Below, one piece after another: positions 33,228 to 42,498 of a stretch of 54,117 nt of DNA (the stretch's first letter is position 1; every line of letters begins with the position of its first letter). Position numbers and translations under genes: made by a program. Below the pieces are notes generated by a model that was given only the letters and a program-made list of their open reading frames with translations, had not been told where the DNA came from and ran no database searches. The stretch is from IMG/VR virus record IMGVR_UViG_3300045988_074595; one strand, 5' to 3'. The stretch is from a virus.

Positions 33228-33825
33228 ACTGAACATCTAACTCTAAATCTATTTATAGTACTAATAAAACAAGTAATAACAAGGGATAATCTAACTATAA
33301 GACTAGGTAATTAGAGTAAGAGATTAAAGCATGGATTCACCAAACAGCGACTTAAACAAACCTATTTCTGAAATCCTTGTAAATAAAGGGTTTTTAAGGA
33401 CTTTACCTACCTTAAAATTAGTGAACAAAACGCTGAAAAACAAGAACTGAACAATGTTCGAAAACCATAAATAACTGAACATTTTCCACTTTCGAACAAT
33501 ATTCGAAAAGACTGAACATCTTAATTTTGAAGAACTGAACAATGTTCGAAAGTACAATAATGTTCGAAAATAATTACTGAACATTTAAGGAACTGAACAT
33601 AAAAGTCGAACAAAATTTAGGTACCTTTTGAACATAAAGAACTGAACATTTATCACTGCTGGTTAATGGAAATTAGTGAACATTTTTAAACCCATAAACG
33701 CTGAACAATTTGACAATAAAGAACTGAACATTTTTAGTAAAAGATAACTGAACAAATTGAAAAACAGTTACTGAACATTTTAGTAAACAAGACCTGAACA
33801 TTTTTAAAACAATATTAACTGAACA
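33228..33825 (+). repeat. array of about 15 CTGAACA plus 2 GTGAACA direct repeats (consensus AACTGAACAWWT) in gene-free DNA upstream of terS
   Basis: The 8-mer cores start at 33228, 33446, 33474, 33511, 33534, 33576, 33592, 33641, 33675, 33700, 33723, 33747, 33770, 33793 and 33818, with a variant at 33420. All are on the + strand. The last six are spaced 23-25 bp apart. Confidence 0.9.
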
Positions 33826-33855
33826 AATATAACATAGAGTCTTATTAGTATGTTA

Positions 33856-33884
33856 TTGATCTTGTGTATAGTTTAGACTATAAT
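33856..33884 (+). promoter_or_regulatory. sigma-A-type promoter of the packaging operon
   Basis: TTGATC, 17 nt, TATAAT, lying 28 nt upstream of ATG 33912. Confidence 0.55.
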
Positions 33885-33911
33885 GTAGTTACTATTATAA
33901 GGAGGACTTAC

Positions 33912-34652
33912 ATGACTGAAAATGTAGCAGGACCTAAAGTTAAGAAGACTCGTAAAAGAGCTAAGACAGGTAAGAAGTCGACCAAACTTAAATCGCGCAT
34001 TGAGCAGGACGAAATGATTGAGTACGATTATAAAGGTGTTAAACTGTCCAAAGCTGAACGCAATGAGCGAATGAAGTTGGAATATATTAGAGGTATGACA
34101 ACTGAGGAGATAGCTAATCGTTACGGTGTTTCAAAAACTACAGTTGAGATCATGCGTTCTAAAGAAAAGTGGGTTAAGCTAAAGAAACAGTTTGACGATG
34201 AAAAGTCATTAGTCACTAACGATACCCTTACTCAAATGTATGCAGGGTTTAAAGTTAGTGTTAACATTAAATACCATAGCGCATGGGAAAAGCTAATGAA
34301 CATAATCGAAATGGCTTTAAACAATCCTGACAAATACCTAATGACTAAAGAAGGACAAATTAGGTGGGGAGCTTTGGATGTTCTTTCAAATATTATAGAC
34401 AGAGCACAAACAGGACAAGAAAAAGCTAACGGCATGATCCCTGCCGAAGTTCAATATAGGTTGCAGATTGAACGTGATAAGCTAACCCTACTACGTAAGA
34501 AGATGGGTGAGGGAGAAGCTGTTGACGATGCTAAGGATAATTTTGTTGAGGCTTTGGACAACGCAGCGGCGGCAGTTTGGAAAGAGTTTGCACAGGAGAC
34601 TGGAGCTTATCTAAAAGAACAAACTGAAACAAAATCAACTGAAGAAAAGTAA
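33912..34652 (+). CDS. terS: terminase small subunit
   Basis: ATG 33912 lies 6 nt after AAGGAGG; the track ORF from GTG 33864 over-extends. HTH MTTEEIANRYGVSKTTVEIMRSK. Positioned at the head of the packaging module. Confidence 0.75.
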   Translation: MTENVAGPKVKKTRKRAKTGKKSTKLKSRIEQDEMIEYDYKGVKLSKAERNERMKLEYIRGMTTEEIANRYGVSKTTVEIMRSKEKWVKLKKQFDDEKSLVTNDTLTQMYAGFKVSVNIKYHSAWEKLMNIIEMALNNPDKYLMTKEGQIRWGALDVLSNIIDRAQTGQEKANGMIPAEVQYRLQIERDKLTLLRKKMGEGEAVDDAKDNFVEALDNAAAAVWKEFAQETGAYLKEQTETKSTEEK

Positions 34653-34680
34653 ACGTGACTAATTCTTTTCCTATTATATG

Positions 34681-34689
34681 TGTTATAAT
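34681..34689 (+). promoter_or_regulatory. extended -10 promoter element TGtTATAAT in front of the 944-aa gene
   Basis: Read directly, 30 nt upstream of ATG 34719. Confidence 0.45.
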
Positions 34690-34718
34690 TTTAGTAGTTT
34701 AGTAAAGGAGGATCTTAA

Positions 34719-37553
34719 ATGGTTCAAATTGATCAATGGCGTGTTGAATCTCTAACCCTTAACTTATCACCAAAGGGTGGAGCAGAAGCACCTATCGTCT
34801 ATATTAGACAAGGGGACAAGAACGGTATCCGTATCCAAGCTACCTTGTTGGACGATGGTAACATTATTAACTCCGCTTGGTTTTTTGATAAGACTGTAAC
34901 GCTGGAGGGTTATGGTAATGCAGGTGAATTCAGTGTTCCTGCTCATAGTAGTGACGGTAAACTTATCGCCATTCTACCTGCAGCATCTACATTTAAAGTA
35001 GGTCTTATCCCCGAAGTGTTCTTTAGAATTACAGATAAGAATGGAACAGTTGTAGCATCAACTGCGAACTTCCGTATCTATGTAAAACCGGGTGTGATGA
35101 CAAACGCTGCGTCTAAATACTATATCGCAGAAGTTGAAAATGTAATGAATCAATTTTATGATTGGTTCCAACGTCTATCTAAAACATTACCTGATAGTCA
35201 AGTAGCATCTATTGCCGACCAGCTAAGTGATTTAGAAGCAGCTAAAGCAGACTTGTCACTCTTTAACGAAAAGATTGCTGAACTAATGAACGGTAAGGCA
35301 GATGCTAACTATGTTAAAGAAATGCTTACTGCTTTGTCTGGAGGAAATCCTGCTGGTGCTTATGGGTCATTAGATGAACTTAAAAGAGCAGTACCTAACG
35401 GCGGACCGGGTGTTTACGTTGTAGGTGGAGAATGGTTTTATTGGAAGAATGGTAACTGGACTAAGGGTGGAGATTATCAATCTTCAGGTATTGCTCAAAA
35501 CTCAGTAAGTCCTGAAATGACAACCTTTGCACGTTCGACAACTTATTTGATTGATGAATCATCACGTGAGAACTACAAGGTTTATACTAAGAGCGGTAAT
35601 GTAATAGGTTCTTACGATTCGCAAGACTGGAAGAGATATCCACTTATTCCAATTAAGTCAGGTCAAACATTCTACCTCCACGGCTTTTATGGTATCTTTA
35701 GTTTTCAAGTTGGCATGGACAGAAAGACTATTGTTAAGGAAATTAATAGTAGCAAGAATGAGCCTTGGAGTGGAGACTTTTCTGCCGAACAAGATGGTTT
35801 CCTAGCTCTATCTACACAAATTACAATAAACCCAGCAGTCTTTAACCAACCTAAATCTAAGTTAGGGGACTATTTAGCAGATCCTACAGGACATAGATAC
35901 GGAGTATTGAATACTGTTATCCCGTCATTGAAGATTGACGGTAGCCAAGTAACAGGGACAGTTGATCTTCATAACGTGAATGGTATCTATAGTTCAGGTA
36001 ATATGCTTGATAAAGCTACTAAATATCCTGGCAAGTATTGGAGTGGAAGTCCTACGCCAGGAAGTAGCGCAGACTGGGAATGTTTTAGTGCTATTAAGTT
36101 AGAAAAGGGTGTTACTTATTCATTTAAAAACATTCGACAATTCTTTACCTTTGTTACCAAAACTGACGGAACTGGCTGGGAAAAACTTTCAGGGTCTTCA
36201 AACATTAACTACTCAGCTGCTGAGATTGGAGAGTTAAAATACAATGAAGATAAGTTGCTTTGGGTTACTACTAATAACAAGTATGATCAAAACCCTATTG
36301 TCGCTCAACTCACTTTGGATCTTTTGAACAATTATGGGTCACAGGAAAACAAAGTCTTTATCCCAAACCTCATTGTCGCAGATACAAGTGATGTTATTGA
36401 AGTAGGTCCCGGCAAAGAATTTGAAAAAGTATTAGACGCAGTAAATAAAGCAGGAAACATTGCTACACCAGCTCGTCCTATCACTGTTCGAATCTACGCA
36501 GGGACTTACGACCTCTATAAGGAATTAGGTGGTAAGAAATTTGTAGATATTGCAGATAAAACAAACGACGAACGACAAGGAATGATCCTTCCTGACTATG
36601 TAAACTTAGAGGGAGTAGGTAAGGTAGTTCTTCAAATCCTTATTCCCGATAATGAAATTACAGATAATGCCTCTCGTCGTATTAGTCCTCTAAATGTATG
36701 GAAACATAATAGGATTACAGGTATTGAATTTAGAGCTAAAAATACTCGTTATGTAGCCCACTTTGAAACTAATAATCAATTTGATAATAGTGATGTTATT
36801 ATTACGGACTGTCGATTTATTCACGAAGGGAATAAGCAAGGTGTTTGGCAATCTGTTCAGGCGGTTGCAGGTGGTTCAGGTTCAAAGGGACGTTGGGAGT
36901 TTGTACGTTGTTATTTCCAATCAGCTACCACACCATTCTCATTCCATACAAACTTTAATCAAAAGGCTAACTTGTTTATCCTCACTGACTGTGAGTTCCG
37001 TGGTGAGAATAAAAACAACTGGGAAGATTATGCTGTTCGTTTTGGTACTTATGGAACAGGGTCAGAAGATTCAACGGTCTACATGAATAATTGCATTTTA
37101 GATAAACCTGTTTATAACATGGATGAACAATCTAACAAGGGACATGGTAATCACATCTTAATTACTGGGTCAGGAAATACCATGCTTCCTCATAAACACC
37201 GTAACACTAGCGGAGAAGCATTACCTATTCAGTTTGGTGATGAAGTTGTTCAAGCTTATAACAAAACGTCTTCAACTATTGCTAAAGGAACTGTTATTAA
37301 GCTAACAGGTGATAGTTCAGCAGCTATTGCGAATAACAACTTTGAAGCTTATGCCGTTATGTTGTCAGCAGCTGACGCAGGAACTCACGCACCTGCTAAA
37401 TATCGTGGGTTTGTTCAAAACGATGTGACAGGTATTGAACGATTCCCAGAAGGCACAATGATTAAAGTAGAGAACGGACGACTTGTTAAGACTACTGACC
37501 AAAGTGAAGCATGGGCTTATCAAGCTACACCTACACACTTTAAAATCTTGTAA
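34719..37553 (+). CDS. receptor-binding / tail-fibre-like protein: BppU-N-like N-terminus, coiled coil, duplicated beta-rich modules, C-terminal right-handed beta-helix (depolymerase-like)
   Basis: N-terminus IVYIRQGDKNGIRIQATLLDDGN matches the BppU_N/DUF2479 pattern. GVYVVGGEWFYWKNGNWTKGGDYQ is typical of Gram-positive phage fibres. The C-terminus has repetitive N/G/T-rich strands (RFIHEGN..., FVRCYFQS..., LTDCEFRGEN..., YMNNCIL). Confidence 0.6.
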   Translation: MVQIDQWRVESLTLNLSPKGGAEAPIVYIRQGDKNGIRIQATLLDDGNIINSAWFFDKTVTLEGYGNAGEFSVPAHSSDGKLIAILPAASTFKVGLIPEVFFRITDKNGTVVASTANFRIYVKPGVMTNAASKYYIAEVENVMNQFYDWFQRLSKTLPDSQVASIADQLSDLEAAKADLSLFNEKIAELMNGKADANYVKEMLTALSGGNPAGAYGSLDELKRAVPNGGPGVYVVGGEWFYWKNGNWTKGGDYQSSGIAQNSVSPEMTTFARSTTYLIDESSRENYKVYTKSGNVIGSYDSQDWKRYPLIPIKSGQTFYLHGFYGIFSFQVGMDRKTIVKEINSSKNEPWSGDFSAEQDGFLALSTQITINPAVFNQPKSKLGDYLADPTGHRYGVLNTVIPSLKIDGSQVTGTVDLHNVNGIYSSGNMLDKATKYPGKYWSGSPTPGSSADWECFSAIKLEKGVTYSFKNIRQFFTFVTKTDGTGWEKLSGSSNINYSAAEIGELKYNEDKLLWVTTNNKYDQNPIVAQLTLDLLNNYGSQENKVFIPNLIVADTSDVIEVGPGKEFEKVLDAVNKAGNIATPARPITVRIYAGTYDLYKELGGKKFVDIADKTNDERQGMILPDYVNLEGVGKVVLQILIPDNEITDNASRRISPLNVWKHNRITGIEFRAKNTRYVAHFETNNQFDNSDVIITDCRFIHEGNKQGVWQSVQAVAGGSGSKGRWEFVRCYFQSATTPFSFHTNFNQKANLFILTDCEFRGENKNNWEDYAVRFGTYGTGSEDSTVYMNNCILDKPVYNMDEQSNKGHGNHILITGSGNTMLPHKHRNTSGEALPIQFGDEVVQAYNKTSSTIAKGTVIKLTGDSSAAIANNNFEAYAVMLSAADAGTHAPAKYRGFVQNDVTGIERFPEGTMIKVENGRLVKTTDQSEAWAYQATPTHFKIL

Positions 37554-37572
37554 TTTAGAAAGGTAGATTTCA

Positions 37573-37815
37573 ATGACTAAAAAAGAATTTCTATGTTCAG
37601 TAATTGTTATTTTAATTACTATTGCCGTTGTTTGTTGGCCACGTCCTGCTAAAACACCTACTTACGTTTCATCTAATCCTGGAGTAATTGAACGAGTTGG
37701 TCCTGGATTTATTGACGTGAGTGGTTATGGACGTTTTATGGTAACGCCAGACCAAGCGGAACATCTTCGAGTAGGACAAAAAGCTCCAGCTGAAATCCTT
37801 CGACGAGGTAGCTAA
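37573..37815 (+). CDS. small N-terminally membrane-anchored protein
   Basis: TM segment FLCSVIVILITIAVVCW. The stop overlaps the terL start (TAATG). Confidence 0.55.
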   Translation: MTKKEFLCSVIVILITIAVVCWPRPAKTPTYVSSNPGVIERVGPGFIDVSGYGRFMVTPDQAEHLRVGQKAPAEILRRGS

Positions 37816-39203
37816 TGGGAAGATTGAAAAATCAGGTACAAAGGTTCAACTTTGTACCTTTTAGTAAAAAACAATTACAGTTGTTAACATGGTGGACAGA
37901 TAATTCACCTTATAAAGATTTCGATGTAGTTATAGCAGACGGTTCTATTCGTTCAGGCAAAACAGTATCCATGGCATTATCTTTTGTCCTTTGGGCAATG
38001 CAGGATTTCACTGGACAGAACTTTGCTATTTGTGGTAAAACTATTCATTCGGCTCGTCGTAACGTAGTCCAACCTCTTAAGCAAATGCTTTCGAGTCGCG
38101 GATACGTGATTGAAGATGTGCGAAATGAAAACCTATTAGTCATTGCACGTAAAGAAGCAGATAAAGAAGTTATTAACTACTTCCATATCTTTGGTGGTAA
38201 AGACGAAGCTAGTCAGGATCTTATTCAGGGGATTACATTAGCAGGTATCTTCTGTGACGAGGTTGCTCTTATGCCTGAATCTTTTGTTAACCAAGCCACT
38301 GGACGTTGTTCAGTCTTTGGTTCAAAGATGTGGTTCAGTTGTAACCCCTCAAACCCTAACCACTATTTCAAAAAGAACTGGATTGATAAGGCTATTGAAA
38401 AACGTGTTCTTTATCTGCATTTTACAATGGACGATAACCCTAGTCTAAATGATCATATCCGTAAGCGTTATGAAAAGATGTACGCAGGTGTTTTCCGTAA
38501 AAGGTTCATTTTAGGGCTTTGGGTAACTGCGGACGGTTTGGTTTATTCAATGTTTAACGAGGAAGACCATGTTCGAACATTAGACATACAATGGGATCGA
38601 ATCTTTGTAGCAGGAGACTTTGGTATCTATAACGCTACTACTTTTGGAGTTTATGGATATTCGAACCGTTTGAAACATTACCACCTGATTGAGTCTTATT
38701 ATCATTCTGGTAGGGAAGCTGAACAACAACTCACCGAACCAGATGTGGACTCTAATCAATCCTTCGGTGGTGTGTTACAAAAGACCACTAAAGAATACGC
38801 AAATGATTTAGTGAATATGATTAGGAAGTATCCTATTGAATATATCATACTTGACCCATCTGCGTCCGCTATGATTATTGAACTACAAAAGCATCCTTAT
38901 ATTGTTCGAAAAGGTATCCAAATCTTACCTGCCCGAAATGATGTAGCGTTAGGTATTTCCTTCCACGCAGAGTTGCTACATGAAAAACGTTTTACTATTG
39001 ATCCTAGTAATGTACATGATATAGACGAGTACTATTCTTATAGCTGGGACACGAAAGCAAGTGAACATGGCAGGGACGAAGTTGTTAAAGAGGATGACCA
39101 CTGTATGGACCGTAATAGATATGCGTGTCTTACAGACGCTTTAATTAACGACGATTTTGGTTTTGAAATTCAGGTATTAAGTGGTAAAGGAGCAAGAGCC
39201 TAG
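37815..39203 (+). CDS. terL: terminase large subunit
   Basis: Walker A ADGSIRSGKT, Walker B IFCDEVALM, and a nuclease-domain D-rich C-terminus (EDDHCMDRNRY). Confidence 0.9.
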   Translation: MGRLKNQVQRFNFVPFSKKQLQLLTWWTDNSPYKDFDVVIADGSIRSGKTVSMALSFVLWAMQDFTGQNFAICGKTIHSARRNVVQPLKQMLSSRGYVIEDVRNENLLVIARKEADKEVINYFHIFGGKDEASQDLIQGITLAGIFCDEVALMPESFVNQATGRCSVFGSKMWFSCNPSNPNHYFKKNWIDKAIEKRVLYLHFTMDDNPSLNDHIRKRYEKMYAGVFRKRFILGLWVTADGLVYSMFNEEDHVRTLDIQWDRIFVAGDFGIYNATTFGVYGYSNRLKHYHLIESYYHSGREAEQQLTEPDVDSNQSFGGVLQKTTKEYANDLVNMIRKYPIEYIILDPSASAMIIELQKHPYIVRKGIQILPARNDVALGISFHAELLHEKRFTIDPSNVHDIDEYYSYSWDTKASEHGRDEVVKEDDHCMDRNRYACLTDALINDDFGFEIQVLSGKGARA

Positions 39204-39225
39204 TATACAATTATAGGTATTTAGT

Positions 39226-39243
39226 TGTATACTATAATATAGG
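39226..39243 (+). promoter_or_regulatory. TGTATA-N6-TATAGG element with TATAAT, inside a 9-bp inverted repeat (agtatacaa / ttgtatact)
   Basis: Read directly, immediately upstream of the portal RBS aggagg. Confidence 0.5.
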
Positions 39244-39252
39244 AGGAAAATA

Positions 39253-41022
39253 ATGGCTAAAAAATCAACAGAAGTTTCACACACAGACGAAGTCCTAAGC
39301 CAAGCATTTAGCAGTCCGTTAGCCCAAAACGCTAAATTTAAACAAGAACTGCAGGAAGTTGAAAAGTATTATCAATACTTTGACGGCTTTGACGTTAACA
39401 ATTTAGACTCGGATTACGGTCAAACTTGGAAGATTAACGTTGACGGATTGGACTATGTACCTACACGTGAAATTCGTAACTACATTAAGCAGTTAGTTCG
39501 TAAACAATCCCGCTTTATGATGGGAACATCACCAGAGCTTACGTTCAATGCTATTCAGTCTGGGCAAGAAGAAGCGGCTGAAAATAAACGTATTTTGTTC
39601 GAATCTATTTTAGAGCAAAATAAGTTTTGGAGTAAAGCTGCTAATGCTCTAGTAGATGCTACAGTAGGTAAACGAGTACTAATGACAGTAATTGCAAACG
39701 AAGGAGAACCGATCGATGTTAGGTTCTACCCAATGCCTCAATTTACTTACATTGTAGACCCTCGCAACACTTCCCGTCTTTTGTCCGTGGATATTGTTTA
39801 TCAGGACGAACGTACTAAAGGCATGAAAACAGAGGCTCAGTTATGGCATCACTACCGATACGAGATGAAGTCAGGACCTGGTGACTCCGGCATTGAAGAA
39901 GCTCTTGAAAATAAAGAGGAGCAATGTTGGTTAACTTATGCTTTAACTGACGGTGAGTCTAATCAAATCTATGTAGCCAAGGATGGCTCTACTACTATTA
40001 AAAAGGTAGACGCTAAGCTGGTTACAATTGAAGATAACATGGGCAACCCTATCGAAGTTCCATTAGCAGTAACAGAATCTGCTCCTACAGGACTGTCTCA
40101 AATTCCTTGCCGTGTAATCCTTAACGAACCTCTTACTAATGATATTTATGGTTCTAGTGACGTTAAAGATCTTATTACTATCGCAGACAACCATAATCGA
40201 ACAATTTCTGACTTACGAGATGCTCTTAAGTTTAAAATGTTCGAACAACCTGTCATTATTGACGCAAGTTCTGCTTCACTAAAAGGAATGAAGATTGCTC
40301 CTAATGCTGTAGTAGACTTAAAATCTGACCCTTCTTCTAACGTTGGTGGTACTGGAGGCAAACAAGCTCAAGTTACTAACATTTCAGGCAGCTTTAACTT
40401 CCTACCTGCAACTCAGTACTATTTAGATGAAGCTAAACGAGCTATGTATGAACTAATGGACCAACCACTTCCCGAAAAAGTTCAGTCCGCTCCGTCCGGC
40501 ATTGCAATGCAGTTCCTATTTTACGACCTAATGAGTCGTTGTGACTCTAAATGGGTAGAATGGGATTCGGCAGTGCAGTGGCTTGTGAGTATGTTGGAAG
40601 AGGTTTTAGCAAAAGTAAATGTTACTACAGAAGAACTTCCTGAAAACATTTTAAATAGCTATGCTACTTTAACTACTCTAAGCATTGAACATAAGTACCC
40701 ACTTCCTAGCGACGAAGTAGCAGCTCGTCAAGTAGCTATTAGTGAAGTGCAAAACAATGTTCGCAGTCACCAATCTTACATTGAAGAGTTCAGTAAGAAG
40801 GAAAAAGCTGATAAGGAGTGGCAACGTATTTTGGAAGAGCAAGCTGACTTGGACGAGGTTTCAGGAGGAGCTTTGCCTAATTTAGTAAACGAACTTACAC
40901 AGGAACCGACATTAGAGGAGGAACAAGATGGGTATCCTAAACCGAAAGAAGCAGATGAAGAAGGAACAAAATCAACTAGCGAAGGACAAAGAGAATTCAC
41001 GAAAATTCAAAGTGAGATGTAA
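39253..41022 (+). CDS. portal protein
   Basis: 589 aa, directly after terL, with an acidic C-terminal tail. SPP1-gp6-like size and position. Confidence 0.85.
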   Translation: MAKKSTEVSHTDEVLSQAFSSPLAQNAKFKQELQEVEKYYQYFDGFDVNNLDSDYGQTWKINVDGLDYVPTREIRNYIKQLVRKQSRFMMGTSPELTFNAIQSGQEEAAENKRILFESILEQNKFWSKAANALVDATVGKRVLMTVIANEGEPIDVRFYPMPQFTYIVDPRNTSRLLSVDIVYQDERTKGMKTEAQLWHHYRYEMKSGPGDSGIEEALENKEEQCWLTYALTDGESNQIYVAKDGSTTIKKVDAKLVTIEDNMGNPIEVPLAVTESAPTGLSQIPCRVILNEPLTNDIYGSSDVKDLITIADNHNRTISDLRDALKFKMFEQPVIIDASSASLKGMKIAPNAVVDLKSDPSSNVGGTGGKQAQVTNISGSFNFLPATQYYLDEAKRAMYELMDQPLPEKVQSAPSGIAMQFLFYDLMSRCDSKWVEWDSAVQWLVSMLEEVLAKVNVTTEELPENILNSYATLTTLSIEHKYPLPSDEVAARQVAISEVQNNVRSHQSYIEEFSKKEKADKEWQRILEEQADLDEVSGGALPNLVNELTQEPTLEEEQDGYPKPKEADEEGTKSTSEGQREFTKIQSEM

Positions 41023-41359
41023 CGAGTGTGAACATGCTTTTGAGTTACAAGCTGAAGATGTTGTATCTACTAAAGTAGGACCTGAGGTTACTTGGACTTA
41101 TTTCGAATGTCCTAAGTGTTACCGTCGTTATACTACATTTATTGGAGACTACTACGTCAATAAGTACATTAACAAGCGTAAGCAGTTAAAACGTGAAATC
41201 CAACAAGAACTGAACAAGGGTGATAAAATGAATGTCCATACATATCACGAACTTATGCATAAGGACGAAAACGCAGCTACTAAAATTGCTGCTCGTTCAG
41301 TTAAGCTGAAACAGGAGTATGATATAGATGGTAAGGAAAGAGAACGACTATCTAAGTAG
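40928..41359 (+). CDS. zinc-ribbon protein encoded in an alternative frame overlapping the portal 3-prime end
   Basis: GAGGAGG lies 6 nt before ATG 40928. CNECEH...(x22)...CPKCYRRY. Overlaps the portal gene by 95 nt and the next gene by 32 nt. Confidence 0.55.
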   Translation: MGILNRKKQMKKEQNQLAKDKENSRKFKVRCNECEHAFELQAEDVVSTKVGPEVTWTYFECPKCYRRYTTFIGDYYVNKYINKRKQLKREIQQELNKGDKMNVHTYHELMHKDENAATKIAARSVKLKQEYDIDGKERERLSK

Positions 41360-42320
41360 TTGGGAAAAAGCGGTTCACCTAACTAACGCTAAGTTAAGTT
41401 TAGAACAAGAGGAGGAAGTTCTTAAGGCTTTTCAAGCTGCCGGTGAGGACCTTATTGCAAAACTTGTTAGGTCAAAAAATGGATACCTTCCTTTACGTAT
41501 TTACAAAGACTATGCTTACGATCTTTATACAGTATTGGATCAATTAGTTAGTGAATATTCGAATAAAGCTGTTCAAAATGTAATTGATGCTCAAGTTACG
41601 CAGATGTTAAACCTTTTAGGTGAAGGTGGACAAAACACTGCTAAAGACTTTGGAACTACATTTAGACACGCCTCTAAAGTTTACTCTAAACAGGCAGCGG
41701 AGGCAGTTGTTAAGGGTGAAATCTACAAAGATAACAAAGGACTTTCAAAACGTATATGGTCTATTAGTTCAAAAGCATCCACTACGGTACACGAAGTTAT
41801 TACAAAGTCAGTTGCGTCTGGTATGTCTGCGGTAGATACTGCTAAATTACTAGAACAGTTTATCCGTCCGGAAGCTCGAAAAACTTGGGACTATGATAAG
41901 GTTAAGGAAACACTGGGTCCAGTAACGGCTAAAAAATATTCGAATTTAGAATATAACGCCTTACGACTAGCTAGGACTACAATTAGTCATTCAGCTACGG
42001 CAGGAGTAAGACAGTGGTCTAAAATTAACCCTTACGCTAAAAAAGTTCAATGGCACTCCGTTCATGCTCCAGGCAGAACTTGTCAAACTTGTATTGATTT
42101 AGACGGAGAAATCTTTACCGCAGAAGATTGCCCTTTTGACCATCCTAACGGTATGTGCTATCAAACAGTATGGTACGATAAGTCTTTGGAGGAAATTGCG
42201 GACGAGTTAAGGGATTGGGTTAACGGAGATTCGAATGATATGTTGGATAGTTGGTACAGTGACTTGCTAGATGAAGATACTAATAGTTACCGTAATCCAA
42301 GATTTATCAAAACTGAATAA
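41328..42320 (+). CDS. head morphogenesis / minor capsid protein (SPP1 gp7 / Mu-F family)
   Basis: ARTTISHSATAGV and WHSVHAPGRTCQTCIDLDGEIF are typical of Phage_Mu_F. Confidence 0.8.
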   Translation: MVRKENDYLSSWEKAVHLTNAKLSLEQEEEVLKAFQAAGEDLIAKLVRSKNGYLPLRIYKDYAYDLYTVLDQLVSEYSNKAVQNVIDAQVTQMLNLLGEGGQNTAKDFGTTFRHASKVYSKQAAEAVVKGEIYKDNKGLSKRIWSISSKASTTVHEVITKSVASGMSAVDTAKLLEQFIRPEARKTWDYDKVKETLGPVTAKKYSNLEYNALRLARTTISHSATAGVRQWSKINPYAKKVQWHSVHAPGRTCQTCIDLDGEIFTAEDCPFDHPNGMCYQTVWYDKSLEEIADELRDWVNGDSNDMLDSWYSDLLDEDTNSYRNPRFIKTE

Positions 42321-42349
42321 TTTTCAAAAACTAGTCTACATTAAATAGG

Positions 42350-42383
42350 TTCAGTCGTGTTGTGACTGAATCTATTTTGTTTT
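42350..42383 (+). terminator. rho-independent terminator
   Basis: Stem ttcagtc / gactgaa with a 7-nt loop, followed by tctattttgtttt. Confidence 0.65.
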
Positions 42384-42498
42384 ATAATAATTTTAAAGGA
42401 CACTTGGCACCTTAACGCCTCGAATTTTATTCAGTTTCTGCGGCACTGAACAAAAACGTAAGACTCAGCTGGAGAGCGTAAACTCGGAGGAATGTAAT

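Noticed and set aside
33324-33584. 86-aa minus-strand ORF in the repeat region
   Set aside because: It is built from the reverse complement of the CTGAACA/TTCGAA repeats (reiterated FSN/VQF strings). It has no RBS and is antisense to everything around it.
33228-33825. CRISPR array
   Set aside because: The repeat unit is only about 8-12 nt, the spacers are 8-40 nt and irregular, and there are no cas genes. It does not fit CRISPR architecture.
42384-42498. tRNA or small RNA gene in the GC-richer spacer before the scaffold gene
   Set aside because: I could not fold a cloverleaf and saw no T-loop GTTCRANYC. Only a 6-bp hairpin (42430-42450) is present, so it is more likely a leader.
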